NCBI GenBank assembly: GCA_963783665.1
Contig: CAWANZ010000007.1
Location: forward strand, 28,793 to 92,792
Direction of reading: 5' to 3'
From: Candidatus Aminicenantes bacterium
GTDB lineage: Bacteria; Acidobacteriota; Aminicenantia; Aminicenantales; UBA4085
Length of the DNA: 64,000 nt
Made by a program: the position numbers and the translations under genes. This document shows, one piece after another, positions 11,994-22,900 of the stretch (within the stretch, counting starts at the first letter, position 1; each line of letters begins with the position of its first letter). A model generated the notes under the pieces. It was not told the DNA's origin. It saw nothing but the letters and a program-made list of their open reading frames with translations, and made no database searches.

Positions 11994-13928
11994 GTGGGAT
12001 TAGTCCGTTGGAGCCGGGCGCCCGGCCGCACCCTCGCGGTCTTTCTCTGCCTCATGCTCGTCCTCGGCGGGGCCCTGGGGTGGCTCGGCTGGCAGTTTCT
12101 GAAACAGGATCGGGCGCTGGAAGGTCAGCGCCGGCAGGAACGCTTGGAACTCGCCGCGGGCCAAATAGCCGTTGCCCTTCAGCAAAATCTTGCGGACCTG
12201 GAGAGCTATTTAAGCTTTGTCGCCCGTCCCGGAGCGAAAGATCCCCCGGACGGCGTTGTGGTCCTGCAAGCGACAAAAAATACCTTCGATGCTTTTCCGG
12301 TCGATGGCCTGCTCTTTTCTCCCGCGGTTCCCGAAAGCGTTGATCTGTCGACCGCGGCCTTCGCCAAGGGCGAATCCCTGGAATTCCAGCAAAACGATCC
12401 GGTCCGGGCGGCTTCTGTTTTTCGGGAGCTCTCCCAATCGCCGAACCCCGGAATAAAAGCCGGGGCTTTGCTGCGTCTGGGACGAACTCTCCGCAAAACG
12501 GGCCGGAATGAGGACGCCCTCCGTATCTACGGCGAGCTCTTGTTGCTCGGCCGAACGCCCGTTCAGGGGCTGCCGGCGGAGCTGTTGGCCCGTGAAGCGC
12601 GAGGCACGATTTTCGATGAGACCGGAAAGAGTGAAGAGCTGCGGCAGGAAGCATCGCTTCTTCGGGCGGCTCTTTGGAGCGGCCGCTGGAGCTTGTCCCG
12701 GCCTGCCTGGGAATATTATCGGGAAGAGGCGAAGCGCTGGCTGGGGGCCGATCCCTTGACGGAGCGCGATCAAGACGCGCTCTCGGTCTCGGCCGCGGCG
12801 GAATCGATCTACGAGCAATGGACGGCCGAACCGGAGACAAAGGGGCGCCGGATTTTTAAAATGGGAGGCCGGCCGGTGCTGGTTTCCTGGACCGGGACGC
12901 CGGAGCGGCTGGCCGCCGTCTTGGCCGGGCCCGCATATCTCGCCTCGAAATACGCGGAGGCCTTGCCCGGCGGACAGATTCAAGGCGCTTTAATCGATGC
13001 GGACGGGCAAGTGTTGATCGGCGAGTTCAATGCGAGCGGACCGCAAGCCGTCCGGATGGCCTCGGTTACGGGATTACCCTGGAGCCTGCACGCGACGAGC
13101 TCCGATCCCGGCGCCGATGCCGCGGGCCTCGCCGTCCGTCGCCGCCTCCTGTATGCGGCGTTTGCGGTCTTGGCCCTCGTGCTGCTGGCCGGTTCCTATT
13201 TCATCATGCGCGCCATCGACCGCGAACGGGCCGTCGCCCGGCTTCAGTCCGAGTTCGTATCGGCGGTGTCGCACGAATTCCGGACGCCGCTCACCTCGCT
13301 CCGCCAACTTTCGGAAATGCTGGCCCAGGGGAGGATTCCCACGCCGGAGCAGCGGCAGAAATCCTATGAGATCTTGTCCGGCGAAAGCGAGCGGCTGCAG
13401 CGGCTGGTCGAAGCGCTCCTGGATCTCAGCCGGATCGAATCGCGCACGTTCCGTTACCGTTTCGAGTCGCTCGACCCCGTCGCCCTGGTTAACGAGGTAA
13501 CGGCCGAATTCGGGGAGAAGGCCGCCGCCTTGGGCTTTCGCCTCGAGCTGAACGTCGCCGGGGAGTATCCGGCCGTCCGGGCCGACCGTGAGACCCTCAG
13601 CTTGGCCTTGCGGAACTTGCTCGACAATGCGGTTAAGTATTCGCCGGACGTCCGCATCGTCTGGGTCGAGATGGGACGCGAACGGGGCCGCCTGGCCATT
13701 CGTGTCCGGGACCAGGGCATGGGCATCCCGGCGGCGGAGCAGAAGGAAATCTTCAAGCGGTTTGTCCGCGGAGCCGGTTCCCAGACTGCCCGCATCCAGG
13801 GGACCGGCCTCGGCCTGGCCTTGGCCCATCGGATCATTGAAGATCACGGCGGCGAAATCCGCTTGGAAAGCGAACCCGGCAAGGGAAGCACCTTTACCAT
13901 TTTCCTGCCGCTGGAGAAAACCGTATGA
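11994..13928 (+). CDS. Sensor histidine kinase (two TM segments, TPR-like periplasmic sensor, HisKA + HATPase_c)
   Basis: Intact 644-aa ORF with a GTG start. H-box SHEFRTPLTSL. N/G boxes LLDNAVKYS and GTGLGLALAHRIIEDHGG. Its stop overlaps the regulator start (ATGA). Confidence 0.9.
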   Translation: MGLVRWSRAPGRTLAVFLCLMLVLGGALGWLGWQFLKQDRALEGQRRQERLELAAGQIAVALQQNLADLESYLSFVARPGAKDPPDGVVVLQATKNTFDAFPVDGLLFSPAVPESVDLSTAAFAKGESLEFQQNDPVRAASVFRELSQSPNPGIKAGALLRLGRTLRKTGRNEDALRIYGELLLLGRTPVQGLPAELLAREARGTIFDETGKSEELRQEASLLRAALWSGRWSLSRPAWEYYREEAKRWLGADPLTERDQDALSVSAAAESIYEQWTAEPETKGRRIFKMGGRPVLVSWTGTPERLAAVLAGPAYLASKYAEALPGGQIQGALIDADGQVLIGEFNASGPQAVRMASVTGLPWSLHATSSDPGADAAGLAVRRRLLYAAFAVLALVLLAGSYFIMRAIDRERAVARLQSEFVSAVSHEFRTPLTSLRQLSEMLAQGRIPTPEQRQKSYEILSGESERLQRLVEALLDLSRIESRTFRYRFESLDPVALVNEVTAEFGEKAAALGFRLELNVAGEYPAVRADRETLSLALRNLLDNAVKYSPDVRIVWVEMGRERGRLAIRVRDQGMGIPAAEQKEIFKRFVRGAGSQTARIQGTGLGLALAHRIIEDHGGEIRLESEPGKGSTFTIFLPLEKTV

Positions 13929-14599
13929 AACGCATTCTGGTGGTGGAAGATGACTCCGGAATCGCCTTCGGCCTTCAGCTGGACCTGAAGAACGAGGGAT
14001 ACGAGGTGAAGATCGAATCGGACGGCGAGAGCGCTCTTGACCGGGCGCGGAAGGAATCCTTCGACCTGATCCTGCTCGACGTCATGCTCCCGGGCATGGA
14101 CGGTTTCGAGGTCTGTCGCGAGCTGCGCCGGGGCGGGATAAAAACTCCCGTCATTATGCTGACCGCCAGGACCCAGGAAGCCGAAAAAGTTCTGGGGCTG
14201 GAAACCGGCGCCGATGACTACGTGACGAAGCCCTTCAGCCCGCGCGAGCTGCGGGCCCGGGTCAAGGCGTTGCTCCGCAGGGCCGCGAAAGACGAGGTGT
14301 CGGTTTACCGGTTCGGCGACGCGGAAGTGGATTTCGAACGCTGCGAACTTCGGCGGGCCGGAAAATCCGTAGGTCTGACGGCTCTTGAATTCAAGCTGCT
14401 CGCCGCGTTTATCCGAAACAGCGGGAAAGTCCTGAGCCGGGAAAAGCTCCTGGATCTTGTCTGGGGGCCAGGCACATTCGTCACGGATCGCGTCGTCGAT
14501 AACCATGTCGTCACCTTGCGAAAAAAGGTCGAACCGGAGCTTTCCGACCCGCGTTATATCGTCAGCGTCCGGGGGCTGGGATATCGCTTTGACGGTTGA
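13925..14599 (+). CDS. OmpR/PhoB-family response regulator (receiver + winged-helix)
   Basis: Intact 224-aa ORF. Receiver domain ILVVEDD...DLILLDVMLPGMDGFEVC...MLTAR. C-terminal LT..EF.LL..F...GKVLSREKLLD.VWG...RVVD.HV..LRKK...IVSVRGLGYRF. Confidence 0.92.
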   Translation: MKRILVVEDDSGIAFGLQLDLKNEGYEVKIESDGESALDRARKESFDLILLDVMLPGMDGFEVCRELRRGGIKTPVIMLTARTQEAEKVLGLETGADDYVTKPFSPRELRARVKALLRRAAKDEVSVYRFGDAEVDFERCELRRAGKSVGLTALEFKLLAAFIRNSGKVLSREKLLDLVWGPGTFVTDRVVDNHVVTLRKKVEPELSDPRYIVSVRGLGYRFDG

Positions 14600-14677
14600 A
14601 TCAAACCGAATCATGACAGTAACGCGTATACTCGCCTTACAATGGCGCCGTAACATGAGGGGCAGGAGGGGCTCCGC

Positions 14678-17323
14678 ATGAGGCTCGTCAAGCCGGTGAT
14701 TTTTGTCCTGCTGCTCGGGGCGGCGTCCGCGACCGGCCTTCCGGCAGGTCAAACCAAGGATATCCAGGCGGAAGTGGCCCTTCAGGCCGCGATTAAAATG
14801 GAATTGGTCGATGGAAACCTGAAAGGCGCGATCGCCCAGTATCGGCAGCTTGCTGACGGCGGCGATCACGCCGTGGCCGCGAAAGCGCTGGTTCGCCTGG
14901 GGCAGTGTTACGAGAAGCTCGGCGACGCGCAGGCGCGCAAGGCCTATGATCGGGTCGTCCGGGATTTCGCCGATCAAATAGAAACGGTCGCCGCGGCCAA
15001 GGCGCGACTGGCCGGGCTGAGCCGGCCGGCCCAACCGCCTCCCCTGGCTGTGCGCCGGGTCTGGTCGGGGTCCGACGTGAACACCGAAGGCGCCCCTTCC
15101 CGGGACGGGCGGTTCCTCTCCTTCACCAGCCGAGCCGGCGTCCTCGCCCTCCGCGACTTGGCTTCCGGCGAGACGCGTGATCTGACCAAAAAAACCGATG
15201 TCGGCGTCATCGCGCCCGGCCGATCCATGATTTCCCCTGACGGCAAGCAGGCGGTGTTCAGCCGGACGACCGATGACGGCTCGGGCGAGCTTTGTTTGAT
15301 CGGGACGGATGGTACCGGGCTCCGCGTCCTTTACCGTGACGAACATCTGCGCTCGATCGAGCCCGGCGCCTGGTTCCCGGACGGCGCCCGCATCGTTGCC
15401 GTCTTGGCGATCAAAGCCGAAGCCGGCGGGAGCGATGTCTTCCAGATCGCTTCGATCTCGCTTGCGGACGGCTCTCCGCGAATTCTGAAGACGCTGGGCT
15501 CCCGTCGGGGCGAGCCTCGCGGCATCGCTCCGGATGGCCGGTTCATCGCCTACGACTATCCTCCCAGTGAAGATGCGGAAAGCCGTGATGTCTTTCTTCT
15601 GGCGGCCGATGGGAGTCGGGATATCCCGCTGGTCGAACACCCGGCCGACGATCGACTCCTTGGTTGGGTGCCGGACGGGAGCGGCGTCCTCTTCAACAGC
15701 GACCGCGCCGGCCAATGGGGTGCTTGGTTCATCCGGGTTGTTGACGGCAAGCCCTTGGAGCCGCCCGTCCTGATCCGTCCCGAACTCGGGCCGGTCGAGC
15801 CGCTCGGCTTCACCCGGGACGGGTCGTTCTATTATGGAGCCGAAAGCGGCGGGACGGACGTTTATGTCACCGAGCTTGATCCGACGGCCTCCCGATTGAT
15901 GTCCCCGCCGGCCTTGATCAACGAGCGCTTCCCCGGACGGAATCGGCTTCCCCTATACGCTCCCAACGGAACGTCTTTGGCCTACTTCTCGAATCGAATC
16001 GCGGACCGCTGGACGTTATGCGTTCGTTCGCTCGCGACGGGGGATGAGCGTGAGCACCTGGTCCCGCACGACCTGGAGCGCCTGAGGATCGCGCGCTGGG
16101 TGCCGGGCGGACAGGAAATTCTTGTTTCCGGATTCGACAAGAATCTCCGCCACATGGGATTCTACGCAATCGAAGCGCGTACCGGGCAGACCAGGGCCAT
16201 CCTGTCGAGCAATCCCGAGGCAGACACTTTGGAGGGTCCGTGGGCGCCCGACGGGAAGTTCCTTTTCCTCGCTCGCGCCGGCTTTGCTTTCGCCGACGGG
16301 GCTTCCCGCATCCTGCAACGCGACTCGGCCACGGGGAGCGAAAGGGAAATCCATCGCCTTCCCCCGGGAGAAGACGTCACCAACCTGGTCCTTTCTCCCA
16401 ACGGACAGGAATTGGCGTTCACGTCTCGATCCCGGAAAGGGAGCGGATCTTTCGACGGGCTTGGGATCGTCGCGGTCGACGGCCGAGACGCCCGCGAGAT
16501 CCTTCGCTTGAGCGGGTGGGAAACCATCCGGCGCGGCGGGCTGGCGTGGACGCCGGACGGGGCGCATTTGTTGTTCGCCAAGGCGATCGAAATCTCCCCG
16601 CACGCTTTTCGGCTGGAGCTTTGGCGAACGTCCCCGCGAAATTCAGAGACGAAAAATATCGGCGTTCTGGTTTCCGACATGGCGTTCGGGGACGGATCGT
16701 CCGGATTGAGCCTTCACCCGAATGGGAAGAGCGTCGTCTTCCAGGCCGGCCCCAGGAAGCCCGAAGTGTGGGTCATGGAGAACGTCCTCCCGGCGACAAA
16801 AGCCGAATCCACTCCGGATTTTCTCAACGAGCTGACCCTGGAGGCCTGGATCAATTTCTCGGATCTCGATCCCTCTACCCAAGTGATCGCCGCGAAGGGC
16901 AACTTCACCTATGAAGGCGTCTGCTGCAGTCTGGGCTTGACGCCGGAGGGCCGGCTCCAATGGGGGATCCGGCATAGTCATACGTTCTATGGCGATTCGG
17001 GGGATTGGAGTATCGAGGGCATTATCGGCGATACGGTGCTGCGCCCAAACACCTGGTATCATGTGGCCGGCACGGTTTACTCTTCCCAAAGCGCCAGTCT
17101 TTACCTGGACGGAGCTTTGCTGAAAACGGGACCCATCACCCAAACGATTCCCGCCCGGTCGACGGAACCGCTGAACATCGGGATGCATCTGTATTACGGC
17201 GAGCCCGCGTATCGATTCAAAGGGTCAGTCGACGGCGTGGCGTTTCAAGAGCGGGCTCTTTCCGCGGAAGAAATCCGGAAACACTATCTTGCCGGAGTTC
17301 AAGGCAAAAAGAAGATCGAATAA
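14678..17323 (+). CDS. Secreted TPR + TolB-like beta-propeller (PD40 repeats) + C-terminal LamG/concanavalin-like domain protein
   Basis: Intact 881-aa ORF. A good SD (GGAGGGG) sits upstream and a signal peptide is present. Repeated SPDG...F/APDG...A propeller motifs occur throughout. The C-terminus LTLEAWINFSD...NTWYHVAGTVYSSQSASLYLDGAL...FKGSVDGVAFQERALSAEEI is typical of Laminin_G_3. Confidence 0.8.
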   Translation: MRLVKPVIFVLLLGAASATGLPAGQTKDIQAEVALQAAIKMELVDGNLKGAIAQYRQLADGGDHAVAAKALVRLGQCYEKLGDAQARKAYDRVVRDFADQIETVAAAKARLAGLSRPAQPPPLAVRRVWSGSDVNTEGAPSRDGRFLSFTSRAGVLALRDLASGETRDLTKKTDVGVIAPGRSMISPDGKQAVFSRTTDDGSGELCLIGTDGTGLRVLYRDEHLRSIEPGAWFPDGARIVAVLAIKAEAGGSDVFQIASISLADGSPRILKTLGSRRGEPRGIAPDGRFIAYDYPPSEDAESRDVFLLAADGSRDIPLVEHPADDRLLGWVPDGSGVLFNSDRAGQWGAWFIRVVDGKPLEPPVLIRPELGPVEPLGFTRDGSFYYGAESGGTDVYVTELDPTASRLMSPPALINERFPGRNRLPLYAPNGTSLAYFSNRIADRWTLCVRSLATGDEREHLVPHDLERLRIARWVPGGQEILVSGFDKNLRHMGFYAIEARTGQTRAILSSNPEADTLEGPWAPDGKFLFLARAGFAFADGASRILQRDSATGSEREIHRLPPGEDVTNLVLSPNGQELAFTSRSRKGSGSFDGLGIVAVDGRDAREILRLSGWETIRRGGLAWTPDGAHLLFAKAIEISPHAFRLELWRTSPRNSETKNIGVLVSDMAFGDGSSGLSLHPNGKSVVFQAGPRKPEVWVMENVLPATKAESTPDFLNELTLEAWINFSDLDPSTQVIAAKGNFTYEGVCCSLGLTPEGRLQWGIRHSHTFYGDSGDWSIEGIIGDTVLRPNTWYHVAGTVYSSQSASLYLDGALLKTGPITQTIPARSTEPLNIGMHLYYGEPAYRFKGSVDGVAFQERALSAEEIRKHYLAGVQGKKKIE

Positions 17324-17497
17324 CCTGGTTTGAACCCCGCCGGACCAAAACCCAATCCTGACAAAAAGCGCATATTCTCCTGACAATCGAGCCTTATCAT
17401 GAGAGGCGGGAAAGGAAGCGCTGAACGGGATTCCCTCAAAAAAACACAATAAATGAGAATTGTTATATTCTGATTGAAAATTTGAAGGAGGGACGCG

Positions 17498-19932
17498 ATG
17501 AAACATCATAACGGACGGCTCTTTTTACGTCTGGCCTTGGTCCCTATTCTGTCGATGCTATTTATGGGAGTTGTCTCGATATCCGCGCCCGACACGGTCG
17601 CCGGCGGAGGGCAATCTCTTTCAAAGAAGAGTCCGGCCCCGGGCGCGCTCACGGTCGAACCGAATTACGGCAAAATGCCGCTTTATTTTATCCCCAATCG
17701 GGGCCAGATGGATGAGCGGGTGGACTATTATCTTCAGGGCAAAGACAAGGCCGTTTACTTTACGTCGGAGGGCCTGACGTTTGTTCTGAATGAAAAAAGC
17801 GCGAAAAGCGAAAGCACCGTTGGACCGCGGCGCTCCGCCGTGAAACTGGATTTTGTGGGCGCGACTGCGGACGTTCGGCCCTCGGGAGAGGAGAAGACCG
17901 GCGCAATCGTTTCGTACTTCAAGGGGAAACCGGAGGAATGGAAGGCCGGGCTCCCGACCTACTCGCGGATCGTCTACAAGAATCTCTGGCCGGGGATCGA
18001 CCTCGCCTATTACGGCACGGTGGACAAGATGAAGTATGAATTTATCGTCGCTCCCGGCGCGGATCCTTCATTGGTCCGGTTGGCCTATCGCGGAGCCGAC
18101 GACGTGGCCTTGAATAGCGAAGGCCGGTTGGTGGTTAAAACGCCGGCGGGGGGCTTCGAGGATGATCGCCCGGTCGGGTATCAGGAAACGAATGGGAAGC
18201 GGTTGGAGGTCGGGCTTCGTTACGCGCTTGAAGTGCAAGCAACGGACGAGCCCGGCTTCAACCCTGGGAAAGACGCGGTTAAATCTTATGTCTACGGATT
18301 CGAAGTCGGGGAGTATGACCGGACAAAGCCGCTCGTTCTTGATCCGGCGGTCCTTGTTTATTGCGGCTATATCGGCGGGAGCGGGTATGATCATGGATAC
18401 GGAATAGCGGTCGACGGTTCGGGATGCGCTTATGTCACGGGGCAGACGGCTCCGCGGGGACTTTCCGGTCGCTCGTCGGTCCCGACCTAACGTATAACGC
18501 CAATTATGATGCTTTCGTGGCCAAAGTGAACGCCGCCGGAACGGCCCTTGTTTACTGCGGCTATATCGGCGGCTCGGAGGGAGACACGCCAATGATATCG
18601 CGGTTGACGGCTCCGGAAACGCGTATGTTATCGGTTCGACGATCTCCACCGAAAGCATGGGCTTCCCGGTCCTCGTCGGCCCCGACCTGACGTATAATGG
18701 CGGACGTCGATATTTTTGTAGCCAAGGTCAACGCCGCCGGTACAGCCCTCGATTATTGCGGCTACATCGGCGGCTCAGGTGACGAGGGGGGGATATATCC
18801 TAACCTCGGCGATACAGGCGGCATCGGGGTCGACAGCTCGGGAAACGCCTATGTCACATGATACGATTCGCGACCAACAGCGCCGCCACGTTTCCGGTCT
18901 CGGGCGGACCGGACTTGACCTGGAATGGCGGCAGTTACGATGGCTTCGTCGCCAAGGTCAATGCCGGCGGCACGGCCCTCGATTATTGCGGCTTTATCGG
19001 CGGGACGGGAGATGATGTTGCCCAATGACATCGCGGTCGACCACGAAGGCGGCGCTTATATGACGGGGACGACCAACTCCGCCCCGAGCGTGACTCCGGG
19101 AGATAACAAATTTCCGGTTTTGTCCGGCCCGTCCTTGACCTACAGCGGCGGCTATTAGGATGCCTTTGTGGCCAAGATAAGCCACACGGACGGAATCTTC
19201 GAATACTGCGGCTACATCGGAGGGTCGAAAAGCGATGACGGCGATAGTATCGCCGTCGATGGCGCCGGGCGCGCCTATGTCCTGGGACATACCTCCTCGA
19301 CCGAAACTACGTTTCCGGTCTTGGTCGGGCCGGACTTAACCTTCAATGGCGATTCCGCATGATTTTTCGTTCGATACCTTCGTGGCCAAGGTAAGCTCCT
19401 CCGGCTCGGGGCTCGATTATTGCGGTTATATCGGCGGCTCGATGAGACAGATATATCCCAAGGGAATTGCGGTTGACGGCTTGTATAACGCCTATGTCAC
19501 GGGCTACACCAGTTCCACCGAAGCGACCTTTCCGGTCATCGGCGGGCCTGACCTGACTTATAACGGCGGCTTAGATGATGCCTTTGTGGCAAAGGTAAAC
19601 GACTCCGGCTCGGCCCTCGTTTACTGCGGTTATATCGGCGGTTCAAGCTCTGACTACGGCTATGATATTGCCGTCGATGCCTCGGGAAATGCATATATCG
19701 TCGGAGACACCAGTTCCGGGCCGGATACTTTTCCGGTCATCGTCGGGCCCAGCCTGACCCTAATGGCGGCGAAACGCTTTCGTGGCCAAAATCTATTATG
19801 CCGACACGCTGGCCACGCTTGCAGTTACATCGCCCAACGGCGGGGAAAGCTGGGTCCAAGGTTCGATTCACGACATCACCTGGACGACAACGGGGACGGT
19901 AGCCAACGTCAAGCTCGAATATTCGACGAATA
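17498..19932 (+). CDS. N-terminal part of a giant surface protein: signal peptide, DUF7948-like region and SBBP beta-propeller repeats. Downstream of 18480 it carries multiple frame shifts and one in-frame TAG.
   Basis: ORF 17498..18490 is intact (MKHHNGRLFLRLALVPILS..., YGKMPLYFIPNRGQ). The repeating unit L.YCGYIGGS..D.G.GIAVD..GNAYVTG.T.S..FPV..GPDLTYNGG.DAFVAKV then hops between frames (pieces 18424..18690, 18925..19158, 19168..19362, 19346..19933, 19782..). There is a TAG at 19156..19158 within GGY-stop-DAFVAK. Confidence 0.65.
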
Positions 19933-22900
19933 ATGGGATCAAACTGGACGACGATCATCGCCTCGACGCCCAATACGAATTCTTTTTCCTGGACCTTGCC
20001 GATCGTCGTTTCGGCGAATGGCCTGGTCCGGGTAAGCGATGCCGCCGTATCGGCGATCAACGACGCGAGCGACACGGTGTTTGCGATCGTCCTCGCCGCG
20101 GTTTCCGGGACCGACCGGGCGGCCTTGATCGATCTGTATAACGCGACAAACGGGGATTCCTGGACGAACAATACGGGGTGGAAGACGGCCCCTCTTCATA
20201 CCGACGGATTTGCCCTGCCGGGTACCGAAAACACCTGGTTTGGCGTTACCACCGACGGTACGAATACGAACGTCCTGAACGTGTCTTTACCCGGCAATAA
20301 CCTGGTCGGCACTCTACCGGCCAGCTTGGGGAATCTGACGAACCTGCAAGAGCTCATTCTTTATTCCAACCAGCTCTCGGGGAGCATTCCGGCCAGTTTT
20401 GGCAGCCTGAGCAACTTGGTCACCCTCAACCTCTCCGGGAACCAGCTCTCGGGGAGTGTCCCGGCGGAATTGGGAAATTTGAACAATCTGCAATATTGCG
20501 TGCTTTTTAATAACCCGCTTTCGGGGAGCATTCCGCCGGAGCTGGGCAATTTGAGTCAGTTGAAGGAGCTCTGGATCTATCATAACCAGCTGACCGGAGC
20601 CATCCCGACGCAGCTCGGGAACCTGGGCAACCTGCTTAAGCTCGGCCTTTATGATAGTCAGCTCTCGGGGACCATTCCATCCAGCCTCGGCAATCTTAGC
20701 AATTTGCAAGAACTCTGGCTCTATAAAAACCAGCTGACCGGAAGCATCCCGGCGCAGCTCGGGAACCTGGGCAACCTGCTTAAGCTCGGCCTTTATGAAA
20801 ATCAGCTGACGGGAGCCATTCCGCCCGAACTGGGCAATCTGACCAATTTGACGGAGCTTTGGGCCTTTACCAATCTGCTCTCGGGGACCATTCCGGCGCA
20901 GCTGGCCAACCTCGTCAGTGTGATCAAACTCGATTTCTACGGCAACCAGCTGACGGGAAGCCTTCCGCCGGGGCTCGCGACTCTCGGCAATGTGCAACAC
21001 TTCGATTTCGGCTTGAATCAGCTCTCGGGAAGCATTCCGGCGGAATATGGAAATTTCAACAATGTCATTTATCTCGGCCTCGATCAAAACCAGCTGACCG
21101 GGGGCATACCGGCGGAGCTCGCCAGCCTCGGAACGCTCCAGCAGCTTCGTCTCGGCTCCAATCAGCTCTCCGGAAGCATTCCGGCGGAACTCGGCAGCCT
21201 AACAAATCTGACTTATCTCGGCCTTTATACAAACCAGTTGACGGGGACGATTCCCCCCGAGCTTGCCAATCTCACCCAACTGTATTATCTCGGCCTCCAA
21301 GCCAACCAGTTGACGGGTGGAATACCGATGGAGCTCGGAAACTTGGCTAATTTGGAATATCTCGTCCTCCGCTCCAATCAGCTGACCGGCGGCATTCCGA
21401 TGGAATTGGGGAATCTGAGCAAGCTGAAATGGCTCATTCTCCACTCCAATCAGCTCTCCGGGGAAATCCCGCCACAGATCGGCAACTTGACGAATTTGAC
21501 CGACCTTGATCTCCATTCCAACAAGCTGTCGGGAAGCATTCCGACTTCGCTGACCGGCCTTACGAGTTTGACCTCGACGACGACGAATATCGGCTACAAC
21601 GCCTTTTATTCCGCGGACGCCGGATTGACGGCATTTCTGGACGCCAAGGACGCCGACTGGGCGGTGACGCAAACGATCGCCCCAACAGGAGTATCGGCGG
21701 CCCCTGGTGACGCTTCGGCCGAGGTCACCTGGACTCCGATTCCGTATACCGGCGATACCGGCGGCTATCGGGTCTTTTACGCGACGACGGCCGGCGGGCC
21801 GTATACGTTCTACGCCCAGACCGCGGACAAAGCCGCGACTTCGCAAGTGGTAAGCGGCCTGACCAACGGGACGCCTTATTATTTCGTCGTCCAAACCCGG
21901 ACGGACGTCCATGCGGGAAACCTCAACGCTGTTGACAGCGGGAACAGTGACGAAGCCACGGCCACGCCGACACTCGTTACCACGGGGACGCTGACCCTGA
22001 CGGCGCCCAACGGCGGCGAAAATTGGCTTCTGGGATCCACCCACGGCATCCTCTGGACCTCGACGGGGACGGTGGGCAACGTCAAAATCGAATACTCGAC
22101 GGATAATGGCGCGAGCTGGAGGACGATCGTCTCTTCCAGGGCCAATACCGGAGGGTATTCCTGGACGTCGGGGAGCCCGACGGACCCCACGCTCAATACC
22201 TTGTCGACGACCTGCCTGGTCCGAATCAGCGGAGTGGCCGGAGAGGCGGTCCCGGACACAAGCGACGGGAACTTTGCGATTTCCGCGTCGGCGGCGATCA
22301 CCGGAACCATCACCGATCTTGCGGGAACACCCCTCCCTAATGCGTATGCGCAAGCTTTTGACTTGAATAACGTCCGCATCGTCACCCGTTTGGCGAACGC
22401 CTCGGGGGAATATTGGATGGCCGGGCTCCCGGCGGGGAGCTATAAGCTCGTCTTTTTCGCCGACTCTACGCAGAACAATCTTTATGAATGGTATGACGAC
22501 CAAAGGACGTTCAATGCGGCCGCGCCTATCGCCGTCACCTTGAACAACACGACGGCGAATATCAACGCGCAGCTGGCGGCCGGGGGGATCATCAGCGGCC
22601 GGGTGACGGATGAAACCGGGGCGCCCTTGGCCGAGGTCGTTATCGCGGCCTGGACGGAGGATGGCCTTTCCGGATATTGGGTTGCCGAATCGGACGGCAA
22701 TGGGGATTATCAGGTCAAGGGGCTGCCGGCGGGGAATATAAAGCTGATGTTCGAGCTTACGGGATATCCGGCGAAGTTTAACGGAAACGGCTATAGCTTC
22801 GAGCAATCCACGCCCGTTTCCGTCACTCTCGGCGCCGAAACATCGGGGATCAATATGGTCCTTGAAAAAGGCGGTCACATCAGCGGGACGATCATCGACG

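Noticed and set aside
13844-15715. A 623-aa minus-strand ORF spanning the response regulator and TolB/LamG genes. Similar shadow ORFs occur at 36160..38238 (692 aa), 46482..47993 (503 aa), 6049..6942, 12052..12983 and 39564..40787.
   Set aside because: The reason is the same. Each overlaps a motif-rich gene on the other strand, has no domain signature, and has a composition typical of GC-rich antisense frames.
19156-19158. An in-frame TAG in the SBBP repeat (GGY-TAG-DAFVAK), considered as possible pyrrolysine or stop-codon recoding.
   Set aside because: It sits in the most lesion-dense stretch of the window. There is no downstream structured element and no pyl genes are in view. The equivalent position in sister repeats is variable. 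A simple error or mutation is far more likely.
20270-21575. A regular 72-nt periodic repeat array that superficially resembles a CRISPR or satellite array.
   Set aside because: The periodicity is the 24-codon LRR unit inside an open reading frame. The repeats are degenerate at the nucleotide level, there are no unique spacers, and there are no cas genes.
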